A DNA stretch of 64,000 bases, taken from assembly GCF_006345805.1 (NCBI RefSeq), contig NC_043003.1, positions 100,874,001-100,938,000 on the forward strand, written 5' to 3'. This DNA is from Octopus sinensis. Taxonomy: Eukaryota. The position numbers were made by a program, and so were the translations under genes. A model generated the notes under the pieces. That model searched no databases, was not told the DNA's origin, and was given only the letters and a program-made list of their open reading frames with translations. Positions 39,806-51,607 of the stretch are shown piece by piece (the stretch's first letter is position 1; each line of letters begins with the position of its first letter).

Positions 39806-40645
39806 TAATAATAATAATAATCCTATCTACTATAGGCACAAGGCGTGAAATTTGGGGGGAGGGGAATAGTAAATTACATCAACCCCAGTACTTAAGTGAA
39901 AGGATGAAAGGCAAAATCAACCCCAGTATTTCAATTCCGAACATAAAGACAGACGAAATGCCGCAAAGCATTTTGCCTGGCATGCTAACGATTCTGCCAG
40001 TTCACAGCCTTAATAATAACAATACATTGACTAATGGTAATAACGGTGATGTTGCTAACTCTGGCGGTAGTGGTAGTAACCAGGTGGCATGGCAGAATTG
40101 TTTATGGTTGTGGTGGTAGTTGTCGAGAATTGGAGAATAGGAATTATAAAGAGAGGTGTACTGTTATCATGGACTTCAAATGCACAGAAAGACCTTGCAA
40201 GTTAATCAAAGGTTTACTACTTTTATAAGAGCCCTACTGCTCGTAGCTATGAATATTTTCACCTAGTGGTGCTCACTTAAAGCTCGGTAGCCTGGGTTGT
40301 TGAAAGCTAAGTGTATTGCTGTTCATAGACTGGCTTAAATAACACAAACAACTAGATATGTAATATGTGCCAGAGTTCATACACACTGAAGAGAAGTGAT
40401 TTCTGATGTTTTCAGCAGAATCATACTTTGAATATATATTTTATGAATCTTAATGGAGGATTTTTTTAAAGCTGATGCAAAACAAAGAGTTTTATTTCCT
40501 TTCAAAAATATGTTTTGTCTTCATGTAAAAATAATGACATTAAATTTATGACTCAATGCTTTCAGGAAGACACAAAATAACATTGCACAGTTATTTTATC
40601 TACAGTTTCATAGTGTTCTAGGTTTATTTATGTTAACATACTTAC

Positions 40646-40785
40646 TCAGAAAGCTCAAGCAGACAGCATGAATCTATCATTGACTTCACCTGCTGATATT
40701 CATCCTCAGTACATTGATTGTGATAAGAAAGGACTTCAAGTGCAACTTTGAATTTCTGTTCAGATTGACGAATCTTATCATAAAT
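40646..40785 (-). CDS. PDE10A: PDE10-like coding exon (GAF-catalytic linker), 140 bp; IYDKIRQSEQKFKVALEVLSYHNQCTEDEYQQVKSMIDSCCLLELS(D)
   Basis: A strong pyrimidine tract precedes cttag|ATTTAT, and the donor is TCTGA|gtaagt. It resembles PDE10A MYHRIRHSE..LSYH..CT. Phase 0 in, phase 2 out. Confidence 0.92.
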
Positions 40786-41080
40786 CTAAGCAGAGAAGAA
40801 AAAAGAAAATGATCAATAAAATTAAAGTTTTGGTTTCAAATCAACCATTGCTCTCACACTGATGTGCAAATGCATATCTCTTACCTCATTACTGAGTAAA
40901 TGCATCCCTCTTATCTCTCTTATTTCTGTATAAGTGGATTCCATTTATTCAATGGTGAGAAAATGCTGCCCCCTTATATCTTTAATATCTTTTATATTTG
41001 TATTCTCCAATTTTTGTCACAGTTACTGCATATGTAATTATACTTATGCATGCAGATATGTGTGTGTATATGTAGGATGC

Positions 41081-41108
<28 letters not shown>

Positions 41109-41111
<3 letters not shown>

Positions 41112-42360
41112 CTAGCAGAGATACCTGGTGTTGCCTGTGTTACATGCAATTGAAGAATTAGACTTTTCTGTTATATTTCTGTAATGAACTGGAATATCTA
41201 TTTCGAATTTCATCAAAATTGCAGATGAGGGTTATTTCCCTCTTTACACACCCTAAAAAAATTGTAATCGTGCCACATGTACCCCATACTACGGCTTTTT
41301 ATGTGTATATTCCAAAATTCCAGTCTTATTGAACCTGTTAAAAAGATTTTGCTCCTGAAAAGTGAAGGTCATGGAGCTCTAAAATGTGAGAGTTAAGGCC
41401 CCTATTGGGGGTGGGCATCTTAATGTCAACCAGAGAAGTTGAATTGTTGAATTCTTTGAAATAGGAAATATATGTTCACTGGGTTTGTAAAAGAGAGCAA
41501 AGCTACAGGAAACCAAAAGACAAATGATCACAATAAGCAGTCAGCTACCCTACCCTAGTCGTTACCACAACCAATGTAGGATTCCTCACCATCTAGGTGA
41601 CAGGCACAGCCGTAAGATGCATTACAAATCTATAGCAATTGGAAGGGTGTGACCCAACTGAAATAAACATTAATAACTGTGTGATGTGAGGGCTAAGGAG
41701 AAATGAAAGTGTCACCTCTATACTGATACGGAAGTGGACAGAATAAATTTACAATCTATAAATGTCTTTGAATAACCAGTCACTCATCTGGGAAGGCCTT
41801 GAAATCAATGTTACCATCTGGGGACTATGTGTGACCCAGTGATAGTAAAAAGACTGAAAGGAGATCTGCAATCAAATAACTTTACTCAACCCTTTGCAAC
41901 TGAATCGGTGGAAGGAAAGATGCCTCTCATTTACTTGACAATTTATGTACCACATTGCAGAAATCACAATGTAAGTGTATGTCAAAGCAAACTCTTACAC
42001 TGTTGTACCATTTAATTACAAATAATGCTCATCTTTTATGCTTGGGTAACCCTACAGCTTCCAAGAGCAAAACTATTCGTTTTTGCTTAGATAAAATGAC
42101 AAAATTGTGGGTGTTAAGTCCCCATGGAGGGGTCTTTCTAACTTGTAAGATGAAATTTTATAAATATCACTTCATTTGTGTCTAATATCTATGGTAAAAA
42201 TTTCATCAACAGCAAAAATATATGAATTGTCGTGGGGGTTAAGGCCCTTATACATAGAATATAATTTCCAAATTTCATAAAGATCCATTCAGTACTTTTG
42301 ACGTAGCTTTGGATCATAAAAGAAATGACTAAAATTTGGGAGTTATATAAAATTAGGGTG
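41109..42360. mobile_element. Putative non-autonomous Helitron/Helentron-like element
   Basis: Begins tACTAGcagagatacctggtgttgcc after (TA)n, and contains aaatttcat..gatccattcagtactttt-type segments typical of HINE/DINE-like repeats. Motif recall only. Confidence 0.4.
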
Positions 42361-42364
42361 TTAT

Positions 42365-42710
42365 ATCATCATCATCGTTTAACGTCTGTTTTCCGCGCTA
42401 GCACGGGTTGGACAGTTCGACCGGGGTCTGGGAAGCCAGGGGCTGCTCCAGGCTCCAGTCTGATCTGGCAGAGTTTCTACGGCTGGATGCCCTTCCTAAC
42501 GCCAACCACTCCGCGAGTGTAGTGGGTGCTTTTTACGTGCCACCTGCACAGGTGTCAGGGGGGGTCCGGCATCGGTCACGATCGGTTGGAGCTTTTAACG
42601 TGCCAGCGGCACGGAAGCCAGCCAAGGCGGGGCTGGCAACGTTCGGATGGTCTTTTTATGTGCCACCGGCACAGGAGCCAGTCGGGGCCACCGGCACAGA
42701 AGCCAGATGT
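42365..42710 (-). mobile_element. RTE 3' UTR fragment with two to three 67-bp units
   Basis: Near reverse complement of 8740-9066. Confidence 0.9.
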
Positions 42711-42810
42711 ATGTATGTATATATATATATGTATGTATATATATACATACATATGTATATACATACATACATATATATACATACATATACATATATATAT
42801 GTACATATAT

Positions 42811-42851
<41 letters not shown>

Positions 42852-42939
42852 TATATATGTATGTATATATATCTATATATATATATGTATGTATATATAT
42901 ATATATATGTATATACATATATATGTATGTATATATATA

Positions 42940-45900
42940 TATAAGCGAGAAAGAAGCAACAAGAATGGATAGGTTTTTAGTACAATCGTTTCATACAAGG
43001 ACAGGCTTTATTAAAAGTTGTAAAAATTACAGCATATAAACGTGTCCCGTACTCATCAGCTAAAATACATGTGAGTTCTCTAGACATCCTAGTGGTTGAG
43101 GCTATACTCATGAAGTAATGTAGATAATTAAGTAACACAAACAGATTTCCAAAGTTCATTAAAGTTCTTTAAAGATGATGTACAGTCTTATCACAGAATT
43201 TTAAAAAAGTTCTAATAGCATCACAGAGAAGGTGACCTAATCCATAGAGCACATATGAAATTCCAGAGATATGATGAGGGATTACATACTCACAGAAGAC
43301 AAATTTATCCATTGTTAATCACAACGAGGTGGGTCTCAATTCCTGCTTATTAGCATTACAGAGAGGGTGAATTAATCCTTTGTATAGATGCACAATTTCC
43401 AATGGTGTAGATGTAAGTTTCCAGAGAACGAAGAGGAATTTCATATTCACAGGCGATAATTTATCAATGGTTGAACACAATGAGGTAGGTATCAGTTCTT
43501 GTTATATGATTAGGTATTTGCCACATTAATCACATTACTGCTATTTACAAGAGGCCGTAGCTATTTAACTTTTAAGGCTGAAGGGCTTTCTAGAGAGGCA
43601 AAGAATAGAAAGAGAAGGGAATAGGAGAAAAGAGAGAAAATAAGGGAGGAGGGAGCAAAAAAAGGGGTGGGAAGGGGACTAAAAGAGAAGAGAAAAGGAA
43701 AAAGAGAATAAGAAGAAGAAACAGAAAAAAGAGAAAAAGAAAGAAATAGGGAAAGAAGGGAAAAAATAAAATAAAAAACTGTTCTAGTTATACAGCCGAA
43801 TTAGTAGGCGGCACGTCTGGTTTTAATTTACAGGCATCTAGGAACTAGAGGAGAATATTATTCTTTGGCCAGTAAAACAGCTAATTTATTGCTGTTGAAA
43901 TCAGCTATGAATTTAAAGAGAATCTAAAGAGATAACACAGTCAGGGGTTTAAGGGTCAGATGCTAAAATCAAAAGAAAATACATTAGGAAAATCTAAGTA
44001 TAATCTTATCAAAAAGTCATTAAAACTTACTTATTTAATTTATTCATTTTATTGTCTTAAGGAGTTGCCGTTATTATTCATACATTGACGGACTACAGGT
44101 CAAATCTTAGAAGATCATTTACAAGGTGTTAGAGTATTGTCTATCATAATGAAGATAATCATATTATCACCGAGGGGGTAGCCTTATTTATTTAATTTTG
44201 AAATAGAATTATGGGGCTATAGTAACTCATTTTATTTTATTTCAAACTCATAATTTTTAAATTCTTAATTTTAAATCTTAATTGTAATTTTTAATTTTAT
44301 TCTAACTTAATCTAATTTAAGTAGCATAACTATGCTACTTAAATTAGATTAAGTTAGGAATTAAAATTAAAAATTACAATTAAGATTTAAAATTAAGAAT
44401 TTAAAAATTATGAGTTTGAAATTAAATAAAGCCTCAATTAAGCAGCGTATAAGTACTATTCATTTCCCTGTTCTCAAAAAACTGATGCAGATATAAGGAA
44501 AAAGATAACTGTAGTGTGAGAACCCTTAGTTATCTACTTAAAGCAATACTATACTAGTAGAAATCAAGTTATGTCTATCTACCTAGTTACGAATATTCTA
44601 ATCATTTAAAATATTTTAAAGTCTTCAATTTAGCGTGGACACAAACTTGACCTAGTTCGATATGGTTATTCAATAAGTTTCTATGTTTTCTATGCTTTAA
44701 AATTTCATACGTCTCCATGGAGCATAGTTGGCAACCAACCCTACTATTTTTATACGGAATTGCTCTCCTAACTATTTCCCAATTAAGATTATAATTTTTA
44801 TTATTATTTTTGAGTTCCCAGATTTTGTTTGAAAGTGTGGTGGTACCAGCTTTATGACGTAATTTAAAAGACGAGATGTGATTTCTAACTCTGGCTAAAA
44901 AATTAATTTTTGATATACCAATGGGTTCCAGTGATTCGGCTGAGGTAACCAACCTAGTGGGCGCATATCTATTAAAATGCATAAGCAAGGATATACCAGA
45001 AATACAGGGGGGTCTATATAGGGATGATGCTCTGTTTGTTATCCCTAGCAATAATAAATCTGTTATAGAAAGGATTAGAAAGAAAATTAATAAGTTCTTT
45101 AAGGATTTCAACCTCAGTATAACGTATGAACCGGGCACCAAAATAGTTAACTTCCTAGATATTACGCTAGACCTTATGCTACTTAAATTAGATTAAGTTA
45201 GGAATTAAAATTAAAAATTACAATTAAGATTTAAAATTAAGAATTTAAAAATTATGAGTTTGAAATAAAATAAAATGAGTTACTATAGCCCCATAATTCT
45301 ATTTCAAAATTAAATAAATAAGCTACCCCCTCGGTGATAATATGATTATCTTCATTATGATAGACAATACTCTAACACCTTGTAAATGATCTTCTAAGAT
45401 TTGACCTGTAGTCCGTCAATGTATGAATAATAACGGCAACTCCTTAAGAAACAATAAATGAAATAAATAAATAGTAAGTTTTAATGACTTTTTGATAAGA
45501 TTATACTTAGATTTTCCTAATGTATTTTCTTTTGATTTTAGCATCTGACCCTTAAACCCCTGACTGTGTTATCTCTTTAGATTCTCTTTAAATTCATAGC
45601 TGATTTCAACAGCAATAAATTAGCTGTTTTACTGGCCAAAGAATAATATTCTCCTCTAGTTCCTAGATGCCTGTAAATTAAAACCAGACTTGCCGCCTAC
45701 TAATTCGGCTGTATAACTAGAACCCCCTTTTTTATTTTTATTTTTTCCCTTCTTTCCCTATTTCTTTCTCTTTTCTCTTTTTTCTGTTTCTTCTTCTTAT
45801 TCTCTTTTTCCTTTTCTCTTCTCTTTTAGTCCCCTTCCCCCCCCCCTTTTTTTGCTCCCTCCTCCCTTATTTTCTCTCTTTTCTCCTATTCCCTTCTCTT

Positions 45901-46573
45901 TCTATTCTTTGCCTCTCTAGAAAACCCTTCAGCCTTTAAAAGTTAAATAGCTACGGCCTCTTGTAAATAGCAGTAATGTGATTAATGTGGCAAATACCTA
46001 ATCATATAACAAGAACTGATACCCACCTCATTGTGTTCAACCATTGATAAATTTATCGCCTGTGAATATGAAATTCCTCTTCGTTTCTCTGGAAACTTAC
46101 ATCTACACCATTGGAAATTGTGCATCTATACAAAGGATTAATTCACCCTCTCTGTAATGCTAATAAGCAGGAATTGAGACCCACCTCGTTGTGATTAACA
46201 ATGGATAAATTTGTCTTCTGTGAGTATGTAATCCCTCATCATATCTCTGGAATTTCATATGTGCTCTATGGATTAGGTCACCTTCTCTGTGATGCTATTA
46301 GAACTTTTTTAAAATTCTGTGATAAGACTGTACATCATCTTTAAAGAACTTAATGAACTTTTTGGAAATCTGTTTGTGTTACTTAATTATCTACATTATT
46401 TCATGAGTATAGCCTCAACCACTAGGATGTCTAGAGAACTCACATGTATTTTAGCTGATGAGTACGGGACACGTTTATATGCTGTAATTTTTACAACTTT
46501 TAATAAAGCCTGTCCTTGTATGAACGATTGTACTAAAAACCTATCCATTCTTGTTGCTTCTTTCTCGCTTATA
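42940..46573. mobile_element. Penelope-like element arranged as a 3.6-kb palindrome: about 1.39-kb inverted arms around a minus-strand GIY-YIG fragment and a plus-strand RT fragment
   Basis: Arms 42940-44328 and 45175-46573 are near-perfect reverse complements. EN: IGIS..RVRNHISSF..TTLSNKIWELK..CQLC (44602-44922, -). RT: IPMGS..LYRDD..VNFLDITLDL (44915-45175, +). Confidence 0.9.
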
Positions 46574-46684
46574 ATCACCCCACATTACTGTATTGTTAAA
46601 ACAGTATAGTTTTTTTGGTGCATCTAAGTTAGGTACCCTATTCAAGTAAATTCATTTAAATTAACTTGAATCTTTATTGCTTTT

Positions 46685-46737
46685 TTGTATATATATATAT
46701 ATATATATATATATGCATGTATATATATATATATATG

Positions 46738-46795
<58 letters not shown>

Positions 46796-46796
46796 T

Positions 46797-46862
<66 letters not shown>
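46685..46862. repeat. Compound (TA)n-(GA)n-(GATA)n microsatellite
   Basis: Seen directly. Confidence 0.95.
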
Positions 46863-46863
<1 letters not shown>

Positions 46864-47017
46864 CTGCTTTTTTTATGTTGATAAGCCTGGTACTTATTCT
46901 ATTAGTTTGTTCATGTGAAACCAGTAAGTTATGGGGATTTGAATAAATGAACAGTAGTGGTAAAGCAGCGATGAGGGCGAAACACAGAGACAAAGACACA
47001 TACGTACACTTACATAT

Positions 47018-47700
47018 CATCATCATCATCGTTTAACGTTCGTTTTCCATGCTAGCATGGGTTGGACGGTTCGACCAGGGTCTGGGAAGCCAGGAGGCTG
47101 CACCAGGCTCCAGTCTGATCTGGAATTGTTTCTACAGCTGGATGCCCTTTCTAACGCCAACCACTCCGTGAGTGTAGTGGGTGATTTTTATATGCCACCG
47201 GCACAGGTGCCAGGGGAGGCTGGCAATGGCTACAATCGGTTGGTACTTTTTACGTGCCACCAGCACAGATGCCAGTCAAGGCGGTGCTGGCATCGGCCAT
47301 GTTCGGATGGTACTTTTTACATGCCACTGGTACAGGTATCACAACTACAATTTCCATTTGATTTTTTGATGTACTTGACTCAATAGTTCTCCTCAAGCAC
47401 AGCAGGTCGCCGTACGATCCAAGGTAAGCACAGCAGGCCGTCCTGTGATCCAAGGTACTTTGGATGGGCTGGAGCTTCTATGTGAAGCTGGTGCAGGAAA
47501 CACCCATGAACTCACGTTATTTGTTGGGTCTTCACAGTCACAGCATATCTCCAGAGGCCTCGGCCTTTCATCATTGCCTCTGTGAGACCCAATGTTAGAA
47601 GGTCATGCTTGACCACCTCATCCCATGTCTTCCTGGGTCTACCTCTACCCCGGATTCCTTCAATTGTTTGGGAGTGGCACTTCTTCACACATCTCTCCTC
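47018..47700 (-). mobile_element. RTE 3' end (RT C-terminus to CAT tail)
   Basis: Reverse complement similar to 8400-9066. Confidence 0.88.
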
Positions 47701-48399
47701 ATCTGTATGTATGTATATTTTCCTTTATTCTTTCATTTGTTTCAGTCATTTGATTGTGGCCATGCTGGAGCACTGTCTTTAGTCGAACAAATCAACTCCA
47801 GGACTTATTCTTTGTAAGTCTAGTACTTATCCTATCGGTCTCTTGCCAAAGCACTAAGTTATGGGGATACAAACACACCAACATCGGTTGTCAAGCGATG
47901 GTGGGATGATAAACACAGACATATAATGCTCTGAATAATAATGTTAAACCACATACTCAGTTAATTAGCTTTAATAAATCTAAAAGGGATTACAACACAC
48001 CTATAAATAAAAATCACCCTGAAAAACTAATAAAATTTGGTTAATTATTCCATATGCAATACAAATTAAAAATAACATTGTTAAACCCATATTTAAGGCA
48101 ATTTACTCTTTTACTTGTTTCAGTCATTTGACTGCAGTCATGCTGGAGCACCGCCTTTATTCGAGCAAACAGACCCGAGGACTTATTCTTTGTAAGCCTA
48201 GTACTTATTCTATCAGTCTCTTTTGCTGAACTGCTAAGTTACAGGGACGCAAACACACCACCATCAGTTATCAGGCGATGTTGGGGGACAAACACAGACA
48301 CACAAACATATATTCTTTCAGTTTTTGTCTACAGAATCCACTCACAAGGCTTTGGTCAGCCAGAGGCTATAGTAGAAGACTTGCTCTAATAATAATGAC

Positions 48400-48815
48400 C
48401 ACATGATGAAAGTAAAATAACCCATATTAACTCCCTTAATATCAAGTCTTCTAATAAATATATACATAAAAACGTTTATGAAAATTGTGACTGTAAAGTT
48501 AAAACTAATTGTAAATTTAAGAATTCATGTAACAGATGAAATGTAGTCTATCAATGCATAGTTGAAACTCTTGGAAAAAATATTTTTATATCAAATCTAC
48601 CGAAAATAAAGTAAAGACCCAGGTGGCTAACCATCTCCAATCTTTTGAAAATAAATAGAAAATCAACTCCACCGGATTAAGCAAATTTATATGGGAATTG
48701 AAGGATAATAACATTGAATTTAAAATTAAGTGGGATATTATTGCTTCTGCAGTTAATAACAAGAAACGCAATTCATGCATCAGAGAAGCTTCAAAATTCT
48801 TACTCCTAGGAATAC
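48400..48815 (+). mobile_element. Third degenerate Penelope GIY-YIG fragment
   Basis: NCDCKVKTNC..VVYQCIV..STGLSKFIWELKDNNIEFKIKWDII, read across frameshifts. Confidence 0.75.
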
Positions 48816-48824
48816 CCTGACAGT

Positions 48825-50450
48825 ATCCTGTACAAGCCATGTACAGGGATGCTGTCAGTAAGGTGAGGATTGGCAACAAGTATAGTAAAGAATTCTGGGT
48901 AGAAGTAAAGGTTCACCAAGGATCAGTCCTCAGCCCCCTTTTATTCATCACAGTCTTCCAGGTAATAACAGAGGAATTCAAGACAGGATACCCCTGGGAG
49001 CTCCTCTATGCTGATGACCTTGCTCTAATAGCTGAGTCACTAGCAGAACTAGAGAAGGTGTTTCAGGTGTGGAGCCAAAGCCTAGAACTGAAGGGCCTTA
49101 GAGTCAATCTAGCAAAAATCAAAGTCTTAGTAAGTAAGAAGGCAGACAAATCACAATTCCCTTGATGTAGATGGTCCTGCTCAATCTGTAGAAAAGGCAT
49201 AGGTCAAAACTCCGTAAGATGTACCCGGTGTAAGCTATGGACACACAAAAGGTGCAACAATATCAAAGGAAGGTTAACTGGGAAGTTAATATCAAAGGAA
49301 GGTAAACTGGGAAGTTTTTGTGTGTGGGAGATGCACAGGGGCAATAAACACTGAAGATGTACAGAAAACAGATTCCATCACATGCTAGGAGGGATAAAAC
49401 TAGAAGTAGTTTATAGCTTTCGTTACCTAGGTGACCAAATCAGTAGTGTAGCTGCTAAAATAAGAATAACCAGGGCAAAGTTCAGAGAACTCCTGTCTCT
49501 GCAGATAACAAAGAGCCTCTCGCTCAGAGTGAAATGTAGACCGTATGATGCATGTGCATGAACAGCTATGTTATACGGCAGTGAAACATGGGCTGTGACT
49601 GCTAAGGACATGTGTAGGCTTGAAAAAAATGAAGCTAGTATGTTTTGCTGAATGTATAATGTCAGTGTGCATGCACAACAGAGTGTAAGCACCCTGAGAG
49701 AAAAGTTGGACATAAGAAGCATCAAATGTGGTGTGCAAGAAAGACAACTGTGCTGGTATGGTCATGTGTTGCGTATAGATGAGAACAGCTGTGTGAAGAC
49801 GTGTCACACCTAACAGTGGAGGGAACCTATGGAAGAGGTAGACCCAGGAAGACATGGGATGAGGCGGTGAAGCATGACCTTTGCACGTTGGGTCTCACAG
49901 AGACAATGACAAGTGACCGAGACTGTTGGAGATATACTGTGCTTGAGAAAACCCAGCAAACCAAGTGAGGTCGAAGCCATAGCCAATGCCAGCGTTGCAT
50001 AACCGGCCCATTTAAAATTAACCTTCAATTGTCGGGCAATGTGCTGTACTTGAGATCTGTTGTGTGAAGTGAAATCATAGTCATGGCCAATGCAAGTGCT
50101 GCCTGACTGGTACCCGCACCAGTGCCACATAAATAGCCCCATTCAAGCATGGCTGATGCCAGTGCTGGTGACATGTAAAAAGCACCATTTGAGCGTGGTT
50201 GATGCCATTGCCTCCTGACTTGCTCTCTTGCTGGTGGCACATAAAGAGCACCATTGAACCGTGGTCGTTGCCAGTGCTGCCTGACTGGCCCCCATGCTGG
50301 TGGCACATAAAAGCATCCAGCTGTAGAAACCTTGCCAGATCAGAATGGAGCCTGGTGCAGCCTCTCGGCTTGCCAATCCTTAGTCAAAACGTCCGACCCA
50401 TGCCAGCATGGAAAGTAGCCATTAAATGATCATGATGATAGTGATGATCT
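48825..50450 (+). mobile_element. Degenerate 5'-truncated RTE LINE
   Basis: VHQGSVLSP, LYADD, finger remnants and a 3' UTR with a GAT tail. Confidence 0.9.
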
Positions 50451-51607
50451 ACACAATTTAAATTAATATGTACATATAGGTGCAAGAGTGGCTATGTGGT
50501 AAGTAGCTTGCTTAGTAACCACATGATTCCGGGTTCAGTCCCACTGCATGGCACCTTGGGCAAATGTCTTCTACTATAGCCTCGGACCAACCAAAGCCTT
50601 GTGAGTGGATTTGGTAGATGGAAACTGAAGGAAGTCTGTCGTATATATATATATATATGTATATGTTTGTATGTCTGTATTTGTCCCCAACATCGCTCGA
50701 CAACTGATGCTGGCGTGTTTACATCCCCATAACTTAGTGATTTGGCAAAAGAGACCGATAGAATAAGTACTAGGCTTACAAAGTCCTGGGGTTGATTTGC
50801 TCAACTAAAGGTGGTGCTCCAGCATGGCCGCAGTCAAAAGACTGAGACAAATAAAAGAATCTCCTGTGTACTCTAAAATCACACAGCTCCTATATACTCC
50901 AAAATCATTCTCCATTTACATAATTCTCTCCCCTCATATATTTTTTTACATACAACTAAACAAAATTGAATATCCATATTTATATTACATAGAAAAATGT
51001 GAGCAAGTGAAATAATAATTTTTTGTTGTCAAGTTATTGTTTAATCGAAAGAGTTACTTCCCTTTCAGGATTATGTTAATTGCAGAGAATTTTCCCATTA
51101 TGCACCATTTTTTATATTTATATCTCCACAACCACTTATCCAATTTACTCAAAATTTGTTTTATTCCATTTGTATTTACATTTTAGGGGAAACTTAATTC
51201 ATAGTATTTCCTGATTATGCTGTAGTTTCTGCCCCAGGATTTCTGAAACCACAGCTGACACTGGCTTATGTTTATTGTCCGATCCCCATATGCTGCATTA
51301 ATATTCCTCATACTTTCTGTTGCCTTTATTGAACTCATAAAGCAAAATATGCCAAATATGGTCTTTTGCCACTTCCGTTATAGCTTTGAAAAAATAACTG
51401 TTAAAATTTAACTGCACTCTTCAAAATTTGCACTAGGAATAAGTGCAAGGTAAAATTACTACCTGCTTTTATAGCAAATTGATGCAGGTAGTTTATCCTG
51501 TCCCCTTCCAACTTTTAGTTCATGCTACTGAAAAAAGAACACATTATTTATGGGATAACCCAATATATTGTAAATGTCAATATTTAATATCTATAGATGG
51601 TAGGAGT

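Noticed and set aside
46445-46485. CTGATGA motif in the Penelope tail (mirrored at 43053-43059)
   Set aside because: The GAAA half of the core is missing (ggac-acgttt) and stem I does not form, so it cannot be called a ribozyme.
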